DNA from: Massalongia carnosa
Taxonomy: Eukaryota
Assembly (NCBI GenBank): GCA_965645245.1
Contig: OZ287074.1
Coordinates: 744,001 to 808,000, forward strand
Direction of reading: 5' to 3'
DNA length: 64,000 nt
The stretch's first letter is position 1; every line of letters starts with the position of its first letter. The notes beneath the pieces are model-generated. The model saw only the letters and a list, made by a program, of their open reading frames with translations, searched no databases and was not told the origin of the DNA. Below are positions 1-11,606 of the stretch, piece after piece. Position numbers and translations under genes: made by a program.

Positions 1-3000
1 TCCCAACTGAGCATAAAATGTGGTAGAAAACGAACGTGTGGCATGGGGTGCTTTTCAATCGTGTGGTAGCTTGCTAGGTAGTTCTATGTTGTCTATCAGC
101 ATTGCCGCCGATTAGAAAAGCCAACCCTGTTTGTTCGGGCCTCGACTATGTACCAAGGGGCAACATGAGTGGAAGTGTGAGTGACGTGGTGTTGGTATAC
201 ACTTGAAAGAAGACAGCGATTAATAAAGCATCAAGGTGAGAATTAAGTGCAAATCTGCTTTGGTGCACGGCAACCTATTTAGTAATGTATAGTATAAATC
301 TAGGGATTTTCCGGGACTTTCAACGGTGCCCCCCCTTAATCCTCGGGAGCAGAAGGCGGCATTGCTTGCCTTGGTAAGATGCCCTGGGCCTTTCTTTATA
401 TGTGGACGTTGTTCTCGCCTTGGTAGGGTCTCGGATATGTGCTTATCCAGTATTAATAGGTTATATATAATTTTTATTTTCGGTGTTGCAGTATTGACAT
501 TTGGAAAGCATTCAGAACTCTCGCCCTCAAGGTAGCTAGGTGCATTTGCAATTCGGCTTGAATTGGCCGATATCATCCAAGATGATGACGGACGTGCAGT
601 TCTAACAGCGATCGGCAGTCGGAAGGTGTGCTGTTCCGGTAACCGATTATACAGCTAGAGCCGTTCACAGCTATAATGTCAATATGAACGGCTGGACCAT
701 ATGTAAGTTACTTTTGCTTATATATAATATATATCGTCTGCAGTCTTTGTGTGCCTGTAATCCGCAATAATGCTAGATTTGCAAGGGATGGTTTAGTCTT
801 ATTTTTTTGGACAAGAATATCGAAACTGATATTTAGCGTTTGGGGATTAAGGTCTCTTTGGCTTTGCAGGTCGATGAATTGTTTGTCCTCAGTTAGGGAG
901 TTATGCAGGGATGATTTTGCTATAACTACCTTATCAAATCTAGGAAAAGGAACAAAGACCAATCAGCAGGCAAAATCGTTAACGGGAATCCCTAAAGGCT
1001 GCTATGCTTGGTACGATGGCACGGTAGCCCCGTTGGTGCTCCCTTTCTTATTTAAGCTCTCTATAGGATTACTCATCCATGATTGCTTTGGTGGCTATAC
1101 TAACATTCTCAGCAACGCACGGTCCACTTTCCATGAAAAACGACCGATAGCTTGAAAGTTCAAACTAGCATATAACGAATTCTCTTAACCAGGTTCCCTA
1201 TAAGGATCTTTTTATAAGAATGGCTATATGGATTATCACCGCTCGCTGCGTGGAATAACCGCCGCCTTATGGTTGCTGCTCTCTTATATCTTCTCATACA
1301 TACCAAGACCTGGAGTTAGGTGTTTTGAATCCATGGATCTAGCCTTTTAGCTTTCAGGCTAGGTTTTTGGGTTGCATGTGCAGAATTATCTGGCCTCTGA
1401 CAGCGCTGGATCAATCGGTGTTCAAGACCAAACACTCCTTTTTGATAAGAGGAAGCCCAAAAAAGTACTTGACGCGAGACTAGCATAGGATTCTCTTGAG
1501 TAAGAGTTACACCGGCAAAATTTCGCTATCTCTGTACCGGATGATTTGCAGTCGCCTTCTGGTTCTTAATGGAATTCATCCTTCTCATACACCGGACTTC
1601 TCCGGGTAAATTACAGATAAAATCCTGTGGTAGAAAGAAAATGCCTCAAAAAGCAAAACAATAAAACTGCTTTCCAAGGACCATCCTTCAATACTCAATA
1701 TGAAGATGCACTGGAAGCCATTATTTCTCCTGGAATTTTTGGTGGACTGTAGCGACAGGCAGCTGTTTCGTGCCCAGAAAACCTTCATACGGGTTATCCA
1801 TGGATCGACGGCGGTGGACTGGTACTGGTTCAATCATGCAGCGGCCCCGGCCTAATCCCGATGTGGTCTAGTATGGCACCTTAACGGAGGTGCTGAAAAT
1901 GATACGGGAGTTAGTGGAGCTGCTACTAGTGATGATGGTGGTGCTAGTGGAAGGTTTTCCGGTTGTATACTGATTTGTATGCGGCATATGCCATCAATCG
2001 AGTGACCAACTTCTCTTCTTAAACCCTACCCTACCCTTATGTTATATTATACACATACATTCGGCGAGGTTAAGATCCAGATCAAGAGCTTTCCTAATTC
2101 TTTACACCATCGTCCTACAATGCCCCTGGTTTTATAACAGACGGGGCTACAGCATGACTCTCTTGGCTGCCACACAGACATCATGGTTCGCGAACGCGTA
2201 GAAACAGCCGGTGCCGAGTGAGAGTCCATTTTTCCAAAGCAAATTTGAAAGATTTATGGACTACCTTGGGAATTGCTCAAAACTCAAGTGACCTTGCAAC
2301 TAATTGCCGATAAGGCAGGACATTGACTACAACACTTGTTCTAATGGCGTAGCATCTCGATGGCTTTCATGGATGAAGGTCGGCATGCGAACCGATAACT
2401 GTATATACATAGTATAGGGGAGCATCCGGAGATCCGTCCACTGGTGCCATCAGCGTAGAGGGCTGAGAAGACGGGAATATTGCGATGCGCCGGAGTGTGT
2501 CAAAAGACTGGCCCAACCCATTATCAAATGCAGGGCCGAAAGACTCGTCAAGGGGTTAGAAACATTCTGTTATATAATATGAGATTTAGCTCAGAAGATG
2601 CAAGGGCCGGAAGAGAAGGCACTCGATAGAGCTCTAAGGAGCTGAAGAACATCTTATGCATACTATATTTTTTGGGCTTCCCAAGTATCCCAAACCAAGA
2701 GGAGTAGACGGTGCGTAGATTTCCAACTCTTCCTCGGGTGCTTTTGGTGGTCAAGATTCGAAGGAAGTATTATTGATAGAGTGAGCTTGAGATAGATTGT
2801 GCTTTAGAATATTTATGATCATTGATAACATGAACAGCTCTGGTTTGAAAAGGACGGGGTAGTCAACCATCTTTTCTTGCATGGGTTTACCATTCTTATG
2901 AGTGGGATAGAGAGGGTTTGGCTATATGCCTCCCCTTAATGCTATGCGGAGAAGGCAATTTTATCTCGAGTTGCAGACCATTCAAGTAATGGTGTTTATC

Positions 3001-4929
3001 CTCAAAACAGATCATTTGCGGAAGTAATTGAAGTAGGCAGGTCCACTATAAGAAAACTCGCCACTACCTCGGGGTTTCGCTGCGAATCGAGGTACACTTG
3101 GTTCCCAAACGAGAGGTTTGATGGGTTGGGCCTTTATGGAACGCCCATTCGAGTCTTAAGGCTTGTTCGAAGCAGCAGCTGCATCATCCTGCGATCCTGC
3201 ACTCCAGGAAGATTTTTCCTCGAAGTTGGTCTTCAAATTTTCGTTGGGTAAATCTGCGAAGGGTGTAAGGAAGAATTGTGAGTATCATCTTTTTTCAAGA
3301 ACAGGCAAATTTTTATGTCTTATGTTTTGCGCAGTTACGCTAAGGAGAACCAGCTAATGGAAGCTTTAAAATAGAGATGTGAATTTCATCGTTCCAGTCA
3401 GCTTCCAAGTCCTTTTGCTCGTCCCATTGAGAGAAGCCACTTTGATCCTCATAGCCCGTCTCCGTATCTTTTCGATTTTTTATAGACTATATTAAGAATG
3501 ATGGAAAAAGCGAATCAGTCAGTAAACCAATGGTGAGGGCTTAGAGAAAAGAAGGAAAAGTTAATAAGAGTTCCTTTTCCAATCTAATGTTTTTTAGGTA
3601 GATACAGAAGTAGGATGTGCAACTGGAATGAATGGAGAAGATAGGAACGTGTGGTCTTAATATAGACCAAAAATCCCTCCCTGCGGCACCAAACTGTGAT
3701 GTTCATTTTTTTTGCCACAACGCTTTTACCCTCGTGTAAACTCTCACTTGATGGTGGAACTTTCACCTGGTGGTGTGAAGATAGGGGCGGCCTATGTTTC
3801 TCCTCGAAGTCTTGGAGCAGCTCTAAGGCAAGCATGGATCACATTGTCCTTGGGGTGTATGCTTGTTTCTCGCCTTTATTAGAAGCTTTCGAATAGAGTA
3901 AAAGCGTCATCTAGAATTTTCGAAGGAGGCGTTGCGGATGAGATGGGTTATTCATAATATATGAAGCAATATCACAACTTGGAAAAGTATCTTCTAGCGG
4001 AGTATAAAAGTAACAAACGAAATCATGATCCAAATCTCGAGTAAAGAAAAAGTAGCCGGCGGAGCCTTGTGGGCTGTCTCTCTGTATAGCCTCCCCGTAG
4101 AATGCTCAGAAATCTTTTATCTCATTCGATAGCGCTATTCTGTATGGCAAGAAGGTTTAAGGTGCTTTCGAAATCCCCTTCTACGTTGCCTGATCCGGGC
4201 CAACCCCATCGGGGCTTTTCTTGAGATTCCGTCTTATCTACTATTATCCTTGGGCTTAGATCTCCGCTGATATAGTTTGGTATGCTCAAACTCGACTAGT
4301 GGGCTTCCATGACTGTTTAACAGAACAGAATAACTCCTAAACGACTGGTGCTGATCTAAATTTTGGCTGGGACTATTTTGGTTGATTGTCTACCTGTGTC
4401 ATGTGGGTATTTTGAGCAAGCCACTGGAAAATTTGTCTTTATGTTCCGAGGAACGACTTACACTCATGTACGGAAAAAATTCCTTGATATTAACGAATAT
4501 TTCCCTCAACCCAGTGGCTTCTGGCTCGCCAGGCGGAGGGATAGCTCCCCCCTTTCTACGAGTACTCAGACTCCCCGGCATTAATCAAGTTAGACATGCG
4601 CACCTAGGTCTCCCTCCCCCAGACATTCCTTTTTGCTCGAGCCCCAGGGCTGATGAGGAGATACCTTTTAGAAAAATAACCCTATGAACACGCTGAGATC
4701 AGCTTTTCCCAACAACTAATAAAGAAAGGTCGGTACACAGAGTACTCTATAGAGAAAGCAGAGATCCGATTGTACAGAGTATGTGAAATTATACAATTAC
4801 GAAGTAAACTCGAAAAAGGGGCAGAGGTGCAGCAATGTTGTTGTTATGTACTTGAGGGAAGAAATCCTCACATTAACGTTACCTCTTTGTTAGGCTATCA
4901 TCAAGCCTAACACCAACACTCCCACTCAG

Positions 4930-5460
4930 GCGCGCTGCCTGATGGCTGATCCTATTCAAACTAACTCATTCCTATCATGGCCCCAAAAAGGCCTTGAACT
5001 TCTTTCGCTTATGAAACGTATGAGATACGATAAACATGTTTTGCTACGATTGTTTTCCAGAGCCCATCCAAGCCAGCTTGCGTAGTCATTGTCATTTTAT
5101 AATATGAACAAATAAGTCTCTCTGCTCCTCGATAGCTAGTCCATGTATCGAGAGAGCATGGCGTCCCTGGAATTTTGCCGTCGAGCCCTTTCGGCGCCCT
5201 GAAAAATGACCATCCAGCAGGAGATAACAGAATCAAAGGCTCTATACGCTTAAATTTAAGGTATAGACTCGATTTTCACAAGATACATACCTATGAGGAC
5301 ATTCGTAGAGAATTATGTGAGCTGGTACTATTCCGTCGCACCCCGTATCTGCCGAAACTGGGGTCAGATTGAGAATATCTATACAGAGATCTTTCCATTT
5401 CTTCACAAGGTCCTTTGGTCATTGTTGGGTCTTGGAGGGATAGGTTCACAACGAACAATC
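4930..5460 (-). pseudogene. Degenerate intron-containing gene relic, product unknown
   Basis: A minus-strand GTATGT...TAG intron-like segment joins two protein-like frames (DLVKKWKDLCIDILNL... / AFDSVISCWMVIFQGAERARR...). These are interrupted by isolated TAG/TAA/TGA stops. No family recognised. Confidence 0.3.
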
Positions 5461-7489
5461 CTCTTAATGAGGTAGACGGAGATCAATGGTAAAGCCCTCC
5501 TTTACACTGGAAGCAACGGGTGCTAATTAGTGTAGTAGCCGTATGAGGTGGCTGGGTACCTGTCTCTCCTGATCATAATATATTCTCCCACCTCACAAGG
5601 TGCGATCTTCCTAACAAATACTACCTTGATTGGCAGCATTGTGTAGAGGCTCCGAGAAACTTATCAACATATCGATAACAGAAACTTCTCGATCCCACCA
5701 ACTGTGTTTTAAAAGCTTTCATCTCCAGCTAAAGACACCCTTGGTATGTGGTAAAAATCTCTCCAAGGATTTCCTCTTGGATGAGGTGGCTGATATATCA
5801 AATATCATCGTCAAGCGCCAAGTGCATCATCCTAGTACTACATCTGCTTACATTTTAACTTCATTACGGCCACCTCCGCGCCTATTTGTTCTTCTCCCCG
5901 TCTGAGTCTCCGTCCACCTTAAGGCAGTCTCAGAGTCAGACTCATCGTGTTATTCGACCCTGTAGCGGACTGCAACGGTCCATATACGAAATTTCTTTGG
6001 CCACCAGGGCTATCGGGTTTTAGAAGCGAAGGGCGGCTTGAAGTCTTCTGATTCAAGCTTCGAAGTTCTTTCAATTAATGAATACTTTTAATTTTCTCGG
6101 ATAACCCCTTTGGAGGTTTTCACGAAGGAGTAATTGTCTCGTTTTTTTCCAACTGCAAAGAATTCATCTCTTTTTCTTTGAAGCACTTTTCTCCTTTACA
6201 CGACTCCTCAGTTTATATATAATACGCTCATTAAGGGGCTTTTTTAAAATACCTAGTACTTTGTTATGCGAGAACCTGAAAGCTGTGCCCTTTTTATAAG
6301 TCAACCTATCTCATTCATCTACCTCCTTTGAACTCCATTTAGTAATATCCTCGCGTTTATATTATATGTTCTGGCTACGAAGCGCTTACTTTCCTGGCTA
6401 CACTGTATCGAACGGACGATTACGCAAATCCTGATATCCATAGCCGACAGAGCACCGTTTACCTCGTTATAGGATGATGTGTATATCAAGGAGAATAAGA
6501 AGATCTTTCGTTTGAAATAAAATGCAGGCACTTATTCGGGAGGAGCTCCGGGAACAAGGCTATAGGGCCCGATACATCGCATTTCAGAAAGGTCAAAACT
6601 ATATGCAGATGAGACTGAAGTTAGCAAGATAATTCTATACAAGACGTATAAATAGAGAAGGACTCGTTGCCAAATGGACGATGGGGGAGTAGGGCGAGAA
6701 CACCAAGCAGCCAATCGCTCAAGTCTCTCCAGCGCCCTACTAGAGCGGAGCGGTTTCCTAGCGCTGTGACTCGGGCTTTTAGTTCTATGTTAATTTATTT
6801 TTCGCTTAGCTTCTACAAACTTATTCGTTAAATCTTTTTTAGAACTGAGATTGGTTGAACTCGTCCCATATTCGTCACTACAGTCTAGACCTATTCGTAT
6901 GTTTCTTGAAAAATGAACGAAAGAGGTAAGAAAACACTCTTCCACACGGGGCGGTATTGACAGATTTATATCCGCAACCTGCTCCGGTTCTTCGGCGTTT
7001 GAGGTCTGCTCTAACTCCTCGAATTCTGAAACTTCCGCGACAACTCCTTCGGGGATGCCATACACAAGCCTGGCGATGTGTACTCAAATCAAAGAATCCA
7101 CCACGGATGATTCGAGATTCAATCGAGTTTTGACTTCGATCGTCATGATAAGTGTTCGATCCTTCATTGTAGCGGTCAGGAATCAAACTCAGGTGAGTGG
7201 CGACAGTGAAATTATCTCGAGCGCGAGAATACGCAAGATTCGAGCATTGTAACTTCATCGCAAAACCCAATGGGCGTTCGATTATAATGGTGTATCGAGT
7301 AACCTAGGAGTTATTTCTTGTACCAATTATAGCAATGTTTAAATGTAAATCTTCCTGAGCTGAATCTTGCGGGTGGACGGCGTAAGTATTTATAAATATA
7401 TATGTATAAATAATTTCCTGAAAACGAAGCGTAACAAACCCTTGCAAATCCTACTTCCTTGCTCGCCCTTGTGTCGACGACTTAAGCCC

Positions 7490-9120
7490 CTACCTCCCCA
7501 GAGATACAGATCGTTCCAAAGCACCACCGCAAGCTTGCCGGCCGTTCTTGATGTTGTGGCTTCCTTCCCAGCGGTTTACCTTTTGCGTGGGTAATCTATA
7601 TGAGAAATCAAATTCCTTTTTGGTACGGTTCGTCCAGGGGCATTTGAGGACGAAATCGATGCCTTCGGTCCCCATATTCAAGAAAGTTAGAGAACTTAGA
7701 CCGACTCATTCGGCCGCGAACGAAAAAAGCTCTGGTCTAGTGTCTCGACGTATAGTCCTTGTGCTCCCGTTAACGATCAGCGAGACGCATGTGGATGACC
7801 CTAACCTAATCCCAATCCTAACTCTAAGACAAGGTTTCGAGAGAATCGTCATCTATGAACTCGGTGGATGCAGATTCGGGTTCTATATACTTCGGACTGA
7901 AGGGATTTCATATATGAATTTGGTGGATGTCGCTTTGGGTGCTGCAAACGATATTCCGAGGTTTTTAGATCGCTTTCACAGTTCTATTAAATCATCCCTC
8001 GTAGGGTGTTTTATCAAGAAATGCTGACTCGAAAATCGACAAATGCCCCACAAAATTTTATGGCAGCCCGCTCTATCTGTGGATCAAACAGCTCCCTTAG
8101 TTGTGAAATCCAAGTTCCAAAGCTGGCAATGGAGCTTGTGCTGCGCGCGGTATAATATGAGAATGACGAGGGGTACGGTTTCATGACCTACGCATCGATC
8201 ATTGCGATGACTAAGTTCAATATCGCGAACATATTACGTGTTGTCTCGATAGGTCTGTTCTTTGATCTTGTACAAAACAAAGGAGTATCCACTTTGAAAT
8301 CTGTCTGAAAGAATGCCGCAATCGTCTGGGACAATGAGAGATTAGCAAGATCAATATCAGATTCATTGATGAACAGTTCTTTATAAAAAAGTTGCGAGAT
8401 CAAGACGTTGATTACGTTCGTCAAGAGACGCTGCACGTTGAAGAAGACAGATGGGTTCCTTAGCGCTTTTAGGCGCTGAGAATTGACATGCGAAAATATT
8501 TGATGAAATCGAAATACAATTGCGTCTCGTCGCCTATTATGTCTAACGAGATCTTGACGTATTTACCCAACAGATTCCACTTATTCAACTCAGTCACTCG
8601 AATGACTTCGTTAACGATCATCAATTGAGACTTGAAGAACTCGTAGATGATGACGTCTTCGGCATTCGACGATGTGATGACGATCAAATAAGCAATATTG
8701 ATTGTATATTCGCGTAGTTGTTGACACGCCAATCCATGTCTCGTGATCCTCCAGCTCCCCTCACTGCGATTTGTTTAGAGAGTTAGCGAAGACTATATTC
8801 TGTGAAGAATCCGCGCTGGAATGCAAGAGATCGCAGATGATGCAGGCAATCCGCAGCATTCATGTAGCTAGGCTCATGGTGTGCAAGACGTAGTATCGGT
8901 CGGACATATCACAAGAGCGTTGATCGGCGTCTAGGAACGCTTTATAGACCTGGGGCAAAAACCCTAATTGCGGCTTTCGTAATCGGTAGTCTTTAAGTAT
9001 CACGCTTGAGGCATAACTTTCAATCATAATCCTCATTGTGCTGTCGCTCCAACGGAAGAGGTGATAATGTCTTACAGTTGTTTCACTGACATGGCAAGCC
9101 ATATCGACGTCCCAAATAGA
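7490..9120 (-). pseudogene. Decayed Upf1/DNA2/NAM7-like superfamily-1 helicase (AAA_11/AAA_12-type) relic
   Basis: Minus-strand fragments keep SF1 motifs in order: LIVITSSNA, LMIVNEVIRVTE (Walker B DEAxxxxE-like, ~8590-8618), IIGDETQL (motif III, ~8518-8541), QRLLTNVINVLISQLFY (motif IV-like) and VILILYRAQ (ILTPYxAQ-like, ~8141-8164). Several frameshifts and stops. The part below ~8100 is only a stop-riddled frame with no recognisable motif. Confidence 0.65.
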
Positions 9121-9771
9121 TTGTGGACTGCGTTAGAGCATCAATGCAAAACCTCTTATAACAGCATGGGTGATGCAGGGGTCGAAAAGCTACGAACGAA
9201 GAATTGAAAAGGGGATTGATGAGCCACGATGCCTGGTCTATCAGAATATTTTTATGATTTAGTATAAGGTAGAATATCACAATGATTTAACGAACGCTTC
9301 CTTTGAATATTGAAAGAAAAAAAGTGAGGTGAATGAGTTTAAAATCTAAGGGTAAGTGGAGGCATGCGCAGTAGGAAATGTCTATAGATATGGTGAATGA
9401 GCAAAACAAAAATAATATAGGAAGGAGGAAGGAGGAAGTTTATGAAGAAAAACTTTCCAGGGGAGACGAGAAGGGAAATAAAAACTGGTGGAAAGGAAGG
9501 AAGGAAGGAACACGTGGGATGATAATGGGATATATATACCCCTCAATGACAACTGTAATGTTGATTCATTGTTTGCTGTGAAAGATTGTTGGTGAGAAAA
9601 AGGCTATGAATGCGGGAAATGAATTGTAAATGGTATTGTAGACGGATTCAACTGTCTATTACCGCCAAAATCTAGCTTTATCTCCAAGATTGCACAAACG
9701 CGGTTCTTGTGTTGCTCAAGTTGTAAAAATGTCTATAAACAAAACGATTTCTCAGGAAATAATAGGCGATG

Positions 9772-11304
9772 CTAAAGCGCCCAAATCTTAAGACTATTAT
9801 CACTCTCCAGCGGGAGACGAGGGGCGAATGTCAGGGAAGGGCTGGTGAAAGTTTCCCCATCACTGCTCCTATTTTCCCTGTCACTCTCACCATCGTTCTC
9901 CGCAACTTGATCTCGAGGATAGTAGTGCCGCTGTCCGGAACATGTTGCGAACACGCTCCCACACGGATGCACACTCGCCGTGGAAACAACATCTGCAGTA
10001 CTCCCAAGGCGTCAGCCATGCATCTCGTAAATACCATTTCATAGACTCCTATCAAAGCCCTAGCCACAAAGGAGACACACACCATTATGAGCGCGAAACT
10101 TTCTAGCCGGATCTATTACGCCCTCACAGCTTCCAAAGTTCTCCCAAATTCTCACCATACCATCCGTTCCCCCTGCCCAAATATCGGTTCCCGAGATATC
10201 AACGCCAAGACGCTGATTCGTACACCCATTCCTCTTCTGAAGCCAGGACAATCGTCTCCCAGAGCCACGAACGTCCCAGACTCCGATCCCTTCACTGTCG
10301 CGCTCCACGATGCATAGGTAGCGGCCACAGGCACTCCATAACACCTGCGTGATACCGCTGCCATTCTTGTGTGCCGAAGCAGTGGCCTCAAATTCGCTAA
10401 TGCTATCCTTCACGGTGAACACGCCCATGGTTCCACCACGGCCATAGCCGTCGTAGATACCTACCCAGCTGCTGAATGTGCCCGCAGCTAGTAAGCCCTC
10501 ACAGCTCATCCCCAATGCGCTAATTATTCCTTTTATGCCTACTTCACCCTGAGCAAAGCCACTTCTATTTCTCCTGGAGGGGGTAGTGTGTGCTCTACTC
10601 AGTGGCGCATCGCCATTACGATTGATATCAAAGGTTGAAATCAGGCTTTCAGAGCCAGCGAAGAAGTGATTTGGATTATCCGGAGAAAACAGAAGAGAGT
10701 GCGGAGCGTTGTATTGCTCTGTTGTGGGCGAAACGAGGGGATATGAAGCGATTATTGACTTGCTAAATGGGGAGAGAAGCCGAATGGGAAGAGCGCGCAG
10801 GGAGGCAAGTAGGAGGGTTGAAGGGGGGTTTTGTAGGTCGTAAGAAGGGTGGATGGTAGTGGCATATGTGGGCTCTGGGAGGCGATGAGAGGCATAGGGC
10901 ACGAGGGCATGTGGAGCTGGAGTAGCGTTTAGCAGATTAGCAGGTCTGGCTTCGGGTTTTTATCAGCTTGAGATGGCCGATTGCGGGGAGAGTGTGCCGT
11001 TATGATTCTCACAGGATGAAGGATCTCAGGGTGTTGTCAGCGCTGGAGGTGAGAACTGTTGTGCCGTCTGGAGACCTATAATTCATTAAGCTTTATGTTG
11101 GTGGGATGATTTATGTAGGAGCGCTTGCCATTGGGCATTCTTGAAATAATTCGATTCCTTGCGGGAGTGTGAGAGGTTATTATGGCTTAGATACGGGACC
11201 GTTGAATCTCCAAGCTCGTTTCCTAAGGTTTGCGATATGGATCCTTGATAGAGAGCTCCTGTGGACCCAACCAGCCGTGGCTCTAGACAGTTTTCTATAT
11301 CCAT
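9772..11304 (-). CDS. WD40 protein, TCAB1/WRAP53 (telomerase Cajal body protein 1)/Swt21-like; 4 exons
   Basis: Spliced product reads NYFKNAQW|SPDGTTVLTSSADNTLRSFIL|PANLL...GITQVLWSACGRYL...WDVRGSGRRL...TNQRLGVD...ATCSGQR, motifs typical of the WRAP53/TCAB1 family. Intron 1 (11076-11128) is GC-AG. Confidence 0.85.
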
Positions 11305-11606
11305 TTTCTAGACGCGGTTAAGGCCATGCTACTAGAGCTCTATGATTGAAGGAGAAGGTCTATATGCAATATTTCCGATGACGTAATTTGTTAGCTTATA
11401 CGGAGTGTTTGCTACGCACTTTCGTTCGCTTAGGACCAAGCGAAAGTGTACTATCCGTCGAAACGGTTTACTCTTTTGGAAGAATAATTGGGATTATATA
11501 TGTAATATGGAAGAGGTGTTTCTCGATGTTGATTGATTCTTCCTTAGATCACATAGCATCCCATTGAAGCAATCCAAGCGTCCTGAAATCACCCACATAA
11601 TGGCTA

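Noticed and set aside
7799..7830. CCCTAA-like run (ccctaacctaatcccaatcctaactctaag) as an interstitial telomere
   Set aside because: Only one perfect unit, and it lies in the decayed minus-strand frame. Too degenerate to support.
7548..8027. 159-aa plus-strand ORF as a gene
   Set aside because: Antisense shadow of the decayed minus-strand frame, with no recognisable domain.
1..9700. Starship captain or Helitron in the gene-poor left region
   Set aside because: No tyrosine recombinase, Rep or PIF1 motifs recognised and no defined ends. The helicase motifs seen are Upf1-type.
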